In this document: positions 26,977 through 35,862 of the stretch, piece by piece | Layout: every line of letters starts with the position of its first letter | Numbering within the stretch: position 1 is the stretch's first letter | From: an uncultured Candidatus Saccharibacteria bacterium | GTDB lineage: Bacteria > Patescibacteriota > Minisyncoccia > Minisyncoccales > PWPS01 | DNA length: 52,762 bases | Direction: 5' to 3' | Assembly: GCA_964573145.1 (NCBI GenBank) | Contig: CAZNIM010000001.1 | Span: 1 to 52,762 of the forward strand | The notes under the pieces: generated by a model | The model's database searches: none | Told to the model about the DNA's origin: nothing | What the model saw: the letters and a program-made list of their open reading frames with translations, nothing else | Program-made: the position numbers and the translations under genes

Positions 26977-29900
26977 AAAAAATTACGAAAGACTGAATAA
27001 GGAGCAGAAGATGGCCGTCGATTGGATTGACGGACCCTTAATGGTGGTTGCCGGCCCCGGGTCTGGAAAGACCGAACTTTTATCGGTTCGGGTAGCCAAC
27101 ATACTCCGAAAAAGGGATATTCCGGCCGGTAGTCTGCTTTGCTTAACTTTTACCGATGCGGCCGCTTTGAACATGAAAAAGCGATTAGTGGAGATGATCG
27201 GTGAAAAGGGTTACAAGGTTCCCACTTTTACTTTTCACAGCTTTTGCAAGGAGGTAATGAGTAGTTATTCCGAGTATTTTTACGACGGAGCCAATTTTAA
27301 TTTGGCCGACGAGATAACAAAGACGGAACTGCTGGAAGAGATACTTCAGGATGCCGATTACGACGACCCCTTGAAGAGCAGCCATCCGGAGCTCGGTTTC
27401 GTATATTTAAAACCGCTCAAAAGAATGATCCCCGAACTTAAAAAGGCGGGGATAACTCCCGAAGAATTAAGGGAATCTTTGGAGGTTAATCAAAAAGTAA
27501 TCGATAAAATCAACCCGTTTATAAGTGACACTTTCAGTAATCGAGTCTCCAATTCGATGAGAGATGAGATTGTTGAGCTGATAGACAAATTAAGAAAAAT
27601 GGAAGTTGATTTTCCTTTGGAACAATTTAAGCCACTCAATGAAATTTTAGCTAATTCTTTAAGTAAAACTTTGGAAGTTGAAACAACCAAGGAGATAACC
27701 GCTTGGAAAAATGAGTGGACAAAAAGAAAAAAAGAAGGGAGAGTGTTGCGGGATAAGTACTACATTGAAAAACATAAAAGCCTGGTTAATAAATATGAAA
27801 AATACGAAGAAGAGATGCACAAAAGAGGGCTTTATGACTTTTCGGATCTTATCTTGGACGTAATCAGAGTACTTGAAAAGGAAGAATCTTTACGGTATGA
27901 GCTTCAAGAGAGATATCAATATATAATGGTTGACGAATTTCAGGATACGAGCGGTGTTCAGATGCGTCTTTTAAAAAACTTAACCGCCGACGAACCACAC
28001 GACAAACCGAACGTTTGTGTCGTCGGAGATGACGATCAGGCGATATACAGATTTCAAGGGGCTGAGATCTCCAATATTTTAAATTTCAAGGAAAGCTATA
28101 GCGAGGTAAACGTGATTACCTTGAAAAATAATTATCGATCGGGAAAAGAGATACTGGAAAAAGCGAAGACGGTTATTTCCAAAGGAGAAGAGAGGCTGGA
28201 ATCCAAATTAAAGGAGGTTGATAAGAATCTGGTTGCCGTTAATAAAAATCTGGAAGAAGAGGTTGATGCGAAGAGTTTTGAAACCAAAGAAGAGGAATAC
28301 TCCTATGTCGTAAATCGAGTGAAGTCTTTAATCGACAGAGGGGTCGATCCTCAAGAAATAGCCGTTATGGCCAGAAAGCACAAGATATTGAAGGAGATTG
28401 CCCCTTATTTTTCGGAAGCGGAAATACCGATATACGCGGAGAGAAAAGTGAACGTTTTAGAAAATGAGCTGATAAGGCAAATCATAGAGATAATAAGATT
28501 TGCAGTTTACCTTTTGGACGGAGACAAGGATAAGGCTGACCAGCTTCTACCCGAAATTTTGAGTTATCCTTTTTGGGACTTAAAAAGAAAAGACTTGTGG
28601 AGACTGGCTCGAGATGCTTATCAAAACGGGAGTTCCTGGTTTGAAGAAATGGAACGGGGCTCTTTTCAAGAAATTGCAGATTTCTTATCCGATTTGGCGC
28701 AAAAATCAAGATATAAGACGGCCGAGGAGATTTTTGATTATGCGATCGGAAACAAGGGAAAAGGAAGCCCGATTAAAAGATATTATTTTAATAAAGAAGC
28801 CCTGAAAGAGGATCCGACCCGGTATTTTAAATTTCTTTCCGCTTTAAAAAGATTCACTTCGGAATTAAGAGGATACAAAGAGGGGAGATTGCTAAAAGCG
28901 AGAAATATTTTGGAATTTTTTGATCGCCATCGAGAAAACGGAATTGCCATAAATGATACCAATCCGCTGATTACCGATTCGAAAGCGGTTTCTTTGATTA
29001 CCGCTCACAGCAGTAAAGGAAGGGAGTTCGAGGCGGTTTTCCTTCTTAGCTGTCAAGAAGAAATCTGGGCTAAAGGAGGGCGATCGAGCAGACTTCCGCT
29101 ACCATCCAATATACCGCTTAATATTCCGGAAACCAGAGATGATCATTTGAGACTTTTCTATGTCAGTCTAACTCGGGCGAAACGATTTTTAACCATAACC
29201 GCTCACCTGAAAAAAGAGAACGGGCGAGGATATTCACCGCTTGAATTTATTGACCACTTCGATATGGAAGAGAAGGCGGTGGAAGTGGGATATCGGAGCT
29301 TGGAAGTATCCAGAAAGGGTTATCACTCTCCACCATTTAAAGCAAGCGAAAAAGAGCTTCTGAAGCCACTCGCTGAAAATTATCTGTTGAGCTCCACCGG
29401 CTTTAATAAGTATCTTAATGTTGCCGACAACGGTCCGGAAGATTTTTTGCAGGACACTCTTCTCAGATTTCCGACTAAAAAACATCCAGCTGCATCGTAC
29501 GGTACGGCGATTCACGAGACGATAAATCGGATATATGAAGATCTTAAGAATAAGGGCGAGATACCTTCTCGGGAATTTGTTCTGGACACCTTTAAAAAGT
29601 TTCTAAAAAAAGAAAGATTATCCGAAGATGATTTTTCGGAGTATTCGAAAAGAGGAACGGATTCGTTGAAAGCTTTTTATCAAAGCAAAATAGAGAGTTT
29701 CAATGTTGATGATCTTACCGAAAAAAGCTTTAGAAATCAGGGAGTCGTAATCGAAGGACACAGATTAACCGGAAAAATAGACAAGATAGTCAAACAGGGT
29801 CGAGATATCGAGGTGGCCGATTTTAAAACCGGAAAACCGATAGAGAGTTGGAATCCACGGAAAGCATACGACAAAATAAAAGCGTGGAAATACCGAAATC

Positions 29901-30181
29901 AGTTAATTTTCTATAAATTATTAATCGAATCATCATCCGAATTCGAGGGGTCGGTAGTCAAGAAGGCGTCCTTGGAGTTTGTTGAACCTAATGAAGACGG
30001 GAAGATAATAACCCTTCCGGCGGAAATTAAAGATGAAGAAGTTGAAAGAATGAAAAAATTAATAAAAATAGTCGGGGATAGAATCAAGAAGCTGGATTTT
30101 TCAACCGATCGGGAATATCGAAAAAAAGCGATAAAGGAGATTGAAGAATTTGAAAATTATTTGTTAAGTAAAAAAATATGA
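26960..30181 (+). CDS. UvrD/PcrA-type SF1 helicase fused to a C-terminal PD-(D/E)XK nuclease (AddA/RecB-like)
   Basis: Helicase motifs AGPGSGKTE, VDEFQDTS, VGDDDQAIYRFQGA, NYRSGKEIL, TAHSSKGREFEAVF, YVSLTRAKR. Nuclease motifs GKIDKIV...VADFKTGKP and YRNQLIFYKLL. Confidence 0.9.
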   Translation: MMKNFKKNYERLNKEQKMAVDWIDGPLMVVAGPGSGKTELLSVRVANILRKRDIPAGSLLCLTFTDAAALNMKKRLVEMIGEKGYKVPTFTFHSFCKEVMSSYSEYFYDGANFNLADEITKTELLEEILQDADYDDPLKSSHPELGFVYLKPLKRMIPELKKAGITPEELRESLEVNQKVIDKINPFISDTFSNRVSNSMRDEIVELIDKLRKMEVDFPLEQFKPLNEILANSLSKTLEVETTKEITAWKNEWTKRKKEGRVLRDKYYIEKHKSLVNKYEKYEEEMHKRGLYDFSDLILDVIRVLEKEESLRYELQERYQYIMVDEFQDTSGVQMRLLKNLTADEPHDKPNVCVVGDDDQAIYRFQGAEISNILNFKESYSEVNVITLKNNYRSGKEILEKAKTVISKGEERLESKLKEVDKNLVAVNKNLEEEVDAKSFETKEEEYSYVVNRVKSLIDRGVDPQEIAVMARKHKILKEIAPYFSEAEIPIYAERKVNVLENELIRQIIEIIRFAVYLLDGDKDKADQLLPEILSYPFWDLKRKDLWRLARDAYQNGSSWFEEMERGSFQEIADFLSDLAQKSRYKTAEEIFDYAIGNKGKGSPIKRYYFNKEALKEDPTRYFKFLSALKRFTSELRGYKEGRLLKARNILEFFDRHRENGIAINDTNPLITDSKAVSLITAHSSKGREFEAVFLLSCQEEIWAKGGRSSRLPLPSNIPLNIPETRDDHLRLFYVSLTRAKRFLTITAHLKKENGRGYSPLEFIDHFDMEEKAVEVGYRSLEVSRKGYHSPPFKASEKELLKPLAENYLLSSTGFNKYLNVADNGPEDFLQDTLLRFPTKKHPAASYGTAIHETINRIYEDLKNKGEIPSREFVLDTFKKFLKKERLSEDDFSEYSKRGTDSLKAFYQSKIESFNVDDLTEKSFRNQGVVIEGHRLTGKIDKIVKQGRDIEVADFKTGKPIESWNPRKAYDKIKAWKYRNQLIFYKLLIESSSEFEGSVVKKASLEFVEPNEDGKIITLPAEIKDEEVERMKKLIKIVGDRIKKLDFSTDREYRKKAIKEIEEFENYLLSKKI

Positions 30182-30651
30182 AAAATATAAAGCCGAATTA
30201 TTTTATTATTCCCTTGATTACGATAGCGGTGGCCCTTTTCGGAAATTATTTCACGGCTCAGGGATTAAACGGTTGGTATGACGAGCTGGTAAAACCGAGC
30301 TGGACGCCCTCCGGAGCGATAATAGGGGCGATATGGACTTTTCTTTACGCTTTGGTTACCGCCGTGGTCCTTATTTTTTGGAATAAATTTAAAGATAATA
30401 AACGATTTAAGCTTATAATCGGACTTTTTGTAATAAATGCAATCTTAAACGCCACTTGGTCGATGCTTTTTTTCGGATTCAATCTTGTCGGATTATCTCT
30501 TATCCATATCTCTCTTTTAAATTTAACGATATTGGGGCTTATCTTTTTCTTGTGGCCGCTTTCAAGAAAGATGGCGGTAGCTCTTATTCCCTATACCGCC
30601 TGGGTTTTTGTAGCCACCACGCTAAATTATTTCATCTGGATTGCAAATTGA
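30178..30651 (+). CDS. tspO: TspO/MBR family tryptophan-rich sensory protein
   Basis: Five TM segments. NGWYDELVKPSWTPSGAIIGAIWTFLYAL motif. Confidence 0.85.
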   Translation: MKNIKPNYFIIPLITIAVALFGNYFTAQGLNGWYDELVKPSWTPSGAIIGAIWTFLYALVTAVVLIFWNKFKDNKRFKLIIGLFVINAILNATWSMLFFGFNLVGLSLIHISLLNLTILGLIFFLWPLSRKMAVALIPYTAWVFVATTLNYFIWIAN

Positions 30652-30714
30652 GATTAGGAATCAGTTTTAATCCGGAAGGATATTTCGCATGAGGTTAAAA
30701 ATACGTCTATTTAT

Positions 30715-30743
30715 TTGACATTACTAACCATAATTATTATAAT
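30715..30743 (+). promoter_or_regulatory. consensus sigma70 promoter (-35 TTGACA, 17-nt spacer, -10 TATAAT)
   Basis: Both hexamers perfect, at 30715-30720 and 30738-30743. SD GAGGAGGG lies 6 nt before the TTG start at 30787. Confidence 0.75.
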
Positions 30744-30786
30744 AAAGTGCTCTTTTACAGATAAATAACAGAGAGGAGGGATTAAT

Positions 30787-31536
30787 TTGACAATTGAGGT
30801 TGTGCTTTCGAGTGGGTCGATTCCGTGGGTGTTCAACGGTGACGACAAGGTCAGAACGGCACTTGAGAAAGGCTATGACGGGATAGAGCTACTTCTTACC
30901 AGAAGAGCGCTCCAGAGTTTACCGGAAAGACTCGACTGGGGAGTATTCAGCTTACACGAACCCTTCGGTTCGGGTGGATCGAAGTTGGTTCATAAACTGA
31001 GTTTTTTGGATTTAAAACCGTTCCCGACTTGGAGTGGGGGAGATTTTCGAGATTTGGCTTTGAGCTTTGAAGCTCCGATAGTAAAACATTTGGAAAAAAG
31101 AAACTTTTACGATTTAAGAGAGTACCTTTTTGAAAAGGTCAAGAATCAAGGTAATGAGAGGGTAGCTTTGGAGTTGAAGATGAAAAGTTTCGGTGGAAAA
31201 AGAGTCGACTCCGAATGGTTTTTGGATTTTGTAAAACGATATCGATGTGAAATATGTTTCGATATCGGCTATATGGCTAAGATGGGGTGGGATCCGATTG
31301 AATCTTTCATAGACCTTCATCGGCACGTATCGATAATTCATTTTTACGATATGAAAAGCGTTAATCCGAACCTGTTGGAGAAAAACGTAACTCCCGGAAA
31401 TGGTATTTTGCCCCTTAAGCAGTTTTTGAGAGTTGTGCAAACCTTGAATTGGAGTGGTCAGATAACTTTGGAGCTTTTACCCGAACCGTTATCGGATCAT
31501 CGAGAAGCATTGGAGTTTATCAAAAGAAATTTATAA
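30787..31536 (+). CDS. xylose-isomerase-like TIM-barrel protein (sugar phosphate isomerase/epimerase family), TTG start
   Basis: GYDGIELLL, ALELK, FDIGY, IHFYD and ITLELLPE strand-end motifs fit the AP_endonuc_2 fold. Moderate confidence. Confidence 0.5.
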   Translation: MTIEVVLSSGSIPWVFNGDDKVRTALEKGYDGIELLLTRRALQSLPERLDWGVFSLHEPFGSGGSKLVHKLSFLDLKPFPTWSGGDFRDLALSFEAPIVKHLEKRNFYDLREYLFEKVKNQGNERVALELKMKSFGGKRVDSEWFLDFVKRYRCEICFDIGYMAKMGWDPIESFIDLHRHVSIIHFYDMKSVNPNLLEKNVTPGNGILPLKQFLRVVQTLNWSGQITLELLPEPLSDHREALEFIKRNL

Positions 31537-31537
31537 A

Positions 31538-31558
31538 AGCCCGAAATTCGGGCTTTTT
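31538..31558 (+). terminator. rho-independent terminator
   Basis: AGCCCG-AAATT-CGGGCT followed by TTTTT. Confidence 0.8.
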
Positions 31559-31602
31559 ATTATGTTATAATTAAATCATAATATTAAGTTTTGAATTTTA
31601 AG

Positions 31603-32640
31603 ATGATTTTACATCTCGATATGGATTATTTTTTCGCTCAGGTAGAAGAGCGAGAAAATCCTCGCTTTAAAGGCGAGCCGTTAATAGTTGGTGCCGATCC
31701 GAAAAACGGTAACGCGAGAGGGGTGGTTTCGACTTGTAATTATGAAGCTCGAAAATTCGGAGTTCATTCCGGAATGGCGATATCGAAAGCTTACAAGCTT
31801 TGCCCACAAGCCGTCTACTTACCGGTCAATAAATCTCTTTACTTACGAGTCTCCGACAATATCTTTAAAATGATGGAAGGGATTACTGAAAAATGTGAAC
31901 GGGTTTCTTTTGATGAGGCCTATTTGGATTTGGAAGAGATAGTTGAAGGCTATGGTCGGGCACGTAAAGTGGCCGAGGAGCTCAAGGAGTTGATTTTAAG
32001 AGAAGAGAAGCTTACTTGCAGCGTCGGAGTGGGAGAAAATAAAATGATCGCTAAAATGGCCTCTGAAGAGGAAAAACCGAATGGATTGACGGTTGTGACT
32101 CCGCGAGAGACAATAAGCTTCATATCCGGTAAACCGATTGAAGAAATTCCGGGTATCGGACCGAAGACAAAAAGAGAGATTGAAGGATTATTAGGAAGAG
32201 GTAATCCGAAGATAAAGGATCTCAGAGGACTTTCCAAAAAACAGCTCAGCGATCGACTGGGAAAGAGGGGGGAGGCGATATATGAAAAGGCGCGAGGTAG
32301 AGACAACTCGAAAGTCACGTTTTCGGAAGAGACGAAGTCAATCGGGAGAGAGACCACCTTTAATGAAAACACGACTGATCCCGAAAAAATAATTTCGACT
32401 TTCAAGGAGCTGGTGAAAGAGGTTGCCGAATTGTCGTCTGCAGAAAAAAAAGAGATTAAGACGGTCGTCGCGATTTGTAGATTCGAGGGCTTTGAAACTT
32501 ACACCAAGCAGAAATCATTTACTCCGGTAAAGCCGACCGAAGAGTTAATCTATAAAAAAGGTGTCAGATTATTATTAAAATTGCTGACCGAAAAGGCGAA
32601 GCCGGTTCGTCTTTTAGGGGTCAGAGTAATCTTTAATTAA
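31603..32640 (+). CDS. dinB: DNA polymerase IV (Y-family)
   Basis: ILHLDMDYFFAQVEER, SFDEAYLDL and SVGVGENKMIAKMAS. ATG at 31603 preferred over the in-frame TTG at 31591. Confidence 0.92.
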   Translation: MILHLDMDYFFAQVEERENPRFKGEPLIVGADPKNGNARGVVSTCNYEARKFGVHSGMAISKAYKLCPQAVYLPVNKSLYLRVSDNIFKMMEGITEKCERVSFDEAYLDLEEIVEGYGRARKVAEELKELILREEKLTCSVGVGENKMIAKMASEEEKPNGLTVVTPRETISFISGKPIEEIPGIGPKTKREIEGLLGRGNPKIKDLRGLSKKQLSDRLGKRGEAIYEKARGRDNSKVTFSEETKSIGRETTFNENTTDPEKIISTFKELVKEVAELSSAEKKEIKTVVAICRFEGFETYTKQKSFTPVKPTEELIYKKGVRLLLKLLTEKAKPVRLLGVRVIFN

Positions 32641-32643
32641 AAT

Positions 32644-33102
32644 ATGAAAAAAATTATAATTTACGCATCGATTCATCATAAAAATACTAAAAAAGTGGCC
32701 GAAGCGATCCATTCCGAGTTCGGTGGACGACTGATTCCTTTTTCCGAAGCGAGAAAGGAAGATTTGGCCGAAGCGGACATAATCGGTATCGGTTCGGGGA
32801 TCTATCTCAGAAACTTTCATAAGGGATTAATTAATCTGGTTAAATCCTTTTCCGATATGGAGGAAAAAAAGATATTTCTTTTTTCAACCGCCGGAACTAA
32901 AAATAGGCTACTGAACAAAGGACATCGCTTTATGAAGAATATTTTGTTGGATCGAGGCGGTCGAATCATCGGTGAGTTTGATTGCCTCGGGTATGACACT
33001 TACGGTCCACTTAAATTGATCGGTGGAGTCAACAAGAATCGTCCCGACGAAGATGATTTGAGACAAGCCCAAAAGTTCGGTAAAAAAATGGCTGAAAAGT
33101 AA
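32644..33102 (+). CDS. flavodoxin-like fold protein
   Basis: KIIIYASIHHKNTKKVAEAI N-terminus and the GIGSGIY and LFSTAG strand-loop motifs. Confidence 0.6.
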   Translation: MKKIIIYASIHHKNTKKVAEAIHSEFGGRLIPFSEARKEDLAEADIIGIGSGIYLRNFHKGLINLVKSFSDMEEKKIFLFSTAGTKNRLLNKGHRFMKNILLDRGGRIIGEFDCLGYDTYGPLKLIGGVNKNRPDEDDLRQAQKFGKKMAEK

Positions 33103-33176
33103 GAAAATAATTTTTTAAAAAATCTTTAATTGACATCTTTCTTGCGTTAGAATGAATTAAATCAATCAAAATAAAG

Positions 33177-33584
33177 ATGGCAAAATTAAAAGAGATTTAT
33201 ACGTGTGAAGCTTGTGAAAATGTAATCGAAGTGGTTCACGGCGGAGTCGGTGAATTGATTTGTTGTAATCAGCCGATGAATCTTCTCGAAGAAAAAAAAG
33301 AAGATAAAGGCAATGAAAAACATGTTCCGGTTATAGAAGAGTTGCCGGCCAATGTCTGTGAGGGAGGGGACGGCTTTAAGGTTAAAGTCGGTGAAGTTGA
33401 TCATCCGATGGAAGAAAATCATTACATAGAGTGGATTGAGATAAACACCGTTGACGGTAAATCGGGAAAGATATTCTTAAAGCCCGGGGAAAAACCGGAG
33501 GCGACCTTTCACACCAGGGAGAAGATCAAGAGCGTTAGAGAGTATTGCAACGTTCACGGTCTTTGGGTTCTGGAAGTTAACTGA
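33177..33584 (+). CDS. dfx: desulfoferrodoxin (2Fe superoxide reductase)
   Basis: Desulforedoxin domain CEACENV...LICCNQPM. SOR centre EKHVPVIE, HPMEENHYIEWIE, CNVHGLW. Confidence 0.9.
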   Translation: MAKLKEIYTCEACENVIEVVHGGVGELICCNQPMNLLEEKKEDKGNEKHVPVIEELPANVCEGGDGFKVKVGEVDHPMEENHYIEWIEINTVDGKSGKIFLKPGEKPEATFHTREKIKSVREYCNVHGLWVLEVN

Positions 33585-33604
33585 AGAAGCTAAAAATCAA
33601 AAAA

Positions 33605-33632
33605 GGCTCTCTAACGTGAGAGTCTTTTCTTT
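33605..33632 (+). terminator. rho-independent terminator
   Basis: GGCTCTC-TAACGT-GAGAGTC followed by TTTTCTTT. Confidence 0.65.
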
Positions 33633-33680
33633 CAGCAAAAGGAAAAAAGATTGTGTTATAATGAAAGAAAATTAAAAAAT

Positions 33681-34712
33681 ATGAAAAAGAAACGGGTGGC
33701 TATAATCTTCGGCGGAAAGTCCGCTGAACACGAAGTGTCGGTAAAATCGGCTAAAAATGTTTTAGCCGGATTGGATCGGGATCTTTTCATTCCGATTTTG
33801 ATCGGAATCTCCAAAAAAGGGAATTGGTATCAGCTTGATGAAGTTCCGGAAGAGATGGTTTCCGATGAGGGAGGGCAGCTGGAAATCACTCTCGGAAGCG
33901 GTTTTTTTGCCTCCGGACTACCGAAGCCGGATCTTCTTTTTCCCGTTTTGCACGGCCCTTTCGGTGAAGACGGCACTTTTCAGGGCTTGGCAAAAATGAT
34001 CGGTATTCCTTTTGTCGGTGCCGGTGTTTTGGGCTCCGCTCTGGCAATGGACAAGGTAGTTAGTAAAAAATTACTTCAACAAGAAGGAGTCAGGGTTGCC
34101 GACTTTCGCGCATTCACCAAAAAGCCGGACCCTGAAGAAATTGAAGACAGTTTTTCATATCCGGTCTTCGTTAAGCCGGCTAACTTGGGCTCTTCGGTCG
34201 GAGTCTCCAAAGCTGAAAATAGAGAAGAATTGGTTACGGCGGTGGAGGAAGCTTTTCTTTACGATAAAAAGATCCTGATTGAGGAATCAATTTTCGGTAG
34301 AGAAGTCGAATGTTCCGTTTTGGGGAATGATAATCCGAAAGCTTCGGTTTTAGGAGAGGTGATTCCGGTTGATTACTATTCTTATGATGAGAAATACTCG
34401 AATGATTCGCAAGCCGAATTGAAGATACCCGCAGAGCTGGATCCTGAAATTGAAAAGCGGGTTCGATATATTGCGGTGCGAGCTTTTAAAATTTTAAATT
34501 GTGAGGGAATGGCTCGAGCCGACTTCTTTATTTCGGAAGGGAAGATTTATCTTAATGAATTAAATACGATACCCGGCTTTACTGACATAAGTATGTATCC
34601 AAAATTATGGGAGGTGTCGGGATTAAAAAGAGAAGATCTGATTACCGAACTTATTAATCTCGCTCTTAAACGTCATGAAGAAGAATTAAAACTAAAAACC
34701 GATTACCGATGA
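33681..34712 (+). CDS. ddl: D-alanine--D-alanine ligase
   Basis: VAIIFGGKSAEHEVS, HGPFGEDGTFQGL, VFVKPANLGSSVG and LNELNTIPGFT. ATG at 33681 preferred over the upstream TTG at 33651. Confidence 0.93.
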   Translation: MKKKRVAIIFGGKSAEHEVSVKSAKNVLAGLDRDLFIPILIGISKKGNWYQLDEVPEEMVSDEGGQLEITLGSGFFASGLPKPDLLFPVLHGPFGEDGTFQGLAKMIGIPFVGAGVLGSALAMDKVVSKKLLQQEGVRVADFRAFTKKPDPEEIEDSFSYPVFVKPANLGSSVGVSKAENREELVTAVEEAFLYDKKILIEESIFGREVECSVLGNDNPKASVLGEVIPVDYYSYDEKYSNDSQAELKIPAELDPEIEKRVRYIAVRAFKILNCEGMARADFFISEGKIYLNELNTIPGFTDISMYPKLWEVSGLKREDLITELINLALKRHEEELKLKTDYR

Positions 34713-35035
34713 ATTTTAAACAATATCAAGAAAAAACAAAAAAAACGGCGATATATCCGGAAAACAGAAAGTTTGCATATCTTTCGCTGGGGCTTGCCGG
34801 AGAGGCCGGGGAAGTGGCTGAAAAATTCAAAAAGATAATCAGAGACAAGGAAGGAGTTGTCAGTAAAGAGGATAAAGAAGAGATAAAAAAAGAGCTGGGT
34901 GATGTTTTGTGGTACGTCTCTCAGATAAGTGCGGAGCTTGATTTCCCACTTGAAGAAGTTGCCGATAAAAATCTGAAAAAACTATTTTCCAGAAAAGAGA
35001 GAAAAAAATTAAAAGGTGACGGTGATAACAGATAA
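34709..35035 (+). CDS. MazG-like nucleotide pyrophosphohydrolase
   Basis: GLAGEAGEVAE and ELGDVLWYVSQIS motifs. ATGA overlap with ddl. Confidence 0.8.
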   Translation: MNFKQYQEKTKKTAIYPENRKFAYLSLGLAGEAGEVAEKFKKIIRDKEGVVSKEDKEEIKKELGDVLWYVSQISAELDFPLEEVADKNLKKLFSRKERKKLKGDGDNR

Positions 35036-35043
35036 AAAAGAAA

Positions 35044-35862
35044 ATGGATAAAATAATTTTAATCGATTTGGAGACGACGGGAACCGATTTTAGATTTGAT
35101 AAAATAATTGAAATCGGAGCAATCAAGGTCTCCGGAGAAGAAGTGATTGATCAGTTTTGCAGCTTCGTCGATCCGGAAAGAAAATTAACTCCGGAGATAA
35201 CGGAGATAACCGGCATAAAGGACGCCGATTTGGAGGGAGCCGGAAAGGTGGAAGAAGTAATCTCCGAACTGGAAGAGTTTGTCGGCGACTTGCCCCTTAT
35301 GGCTCACAATATGGATTTTGACAGTGCTTTTTTAAAGAAAAACGGAATGGAGGGAGAGTTTTTGGACAGTCTCGATTTGGCTTGTCTTCTTTTCCCGATG
35401 GAGAAAAAGCATACTCAAGAATATCTTTTAAAAGAATTGTGTGATACGGAGTATGAGGCTCATAGAGCCCTTGAAGACGTTAAGGGTCTTCATCAGTTAT
35501 TTTTAAAACTGTCGGAAAGAGCTGAAGAAATGGATGAGAGGTTGAAAAAAGAGATAAGAGAAGCGCTTAAAGACAGTGACTGGAGATTGAAGAAGCTTTT
35601 CGAGTCAACCGGAAGTAAAAAGGACGATCATCTGTCAAAAAAGGCGGCCAACTTTTCCGTTTGCCCCAACAGATTACCCGAAAACCCGGTTGGTATTCCG
35701 ATGGCTCATCTGCTCTCTTGGATGTTTTATACCGAAACAGGAAATATGTCCGAAATTTCCTACTGGATAAGAAGGAAGTACGATAATTTTTTCCGAAATG
35801 TGACGGTTAAAAAGTGTAAAGGAGATTGTAATTATTTTAATAATAATGAGCGATTATTCTGA
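35044..35862 (+). CDS. DnaQ-like 3'-5' exonuclease (DEDDh)
   Basis: Exo I LIDLETTG, Exo II AHNMDFDSAFL, Exo III HRALEDV. An uncharacterised C-terminal extension of about 100 aa follows. Confidence 0.8.
   Translation: MDKIILIDLETTGTDFRFDKIIEIGAIKVSGEEVIDQFCSFVDPERKLTPEITEITGIKDADLEGAGKVEEVISELEEFVGDLPLMAHNMDFDSAFLKKNGMEGEFLDSLDLACLLFPMEKKHTQEYLLKELCDTEYEAHRALEDVKGLHQLFLKLSERAEEMDERLKKEIREALKDSDWRLKKLFESTGSKKDDHLSKKAANFSVCPNRLPENPVGIPMAHLLSWMFYTETGNMSEISYWIRRKYDNFFRNVTVKKCKGDCNYFNNNERLF

Noticed and set aside
33130-33153. TTGACA ... TAGAAT upstream of dfx as a promoter
   Set aside because: The spacer is only 12 nt, and no alternative -10 lies at 16-18 nt, so it is not annotated.
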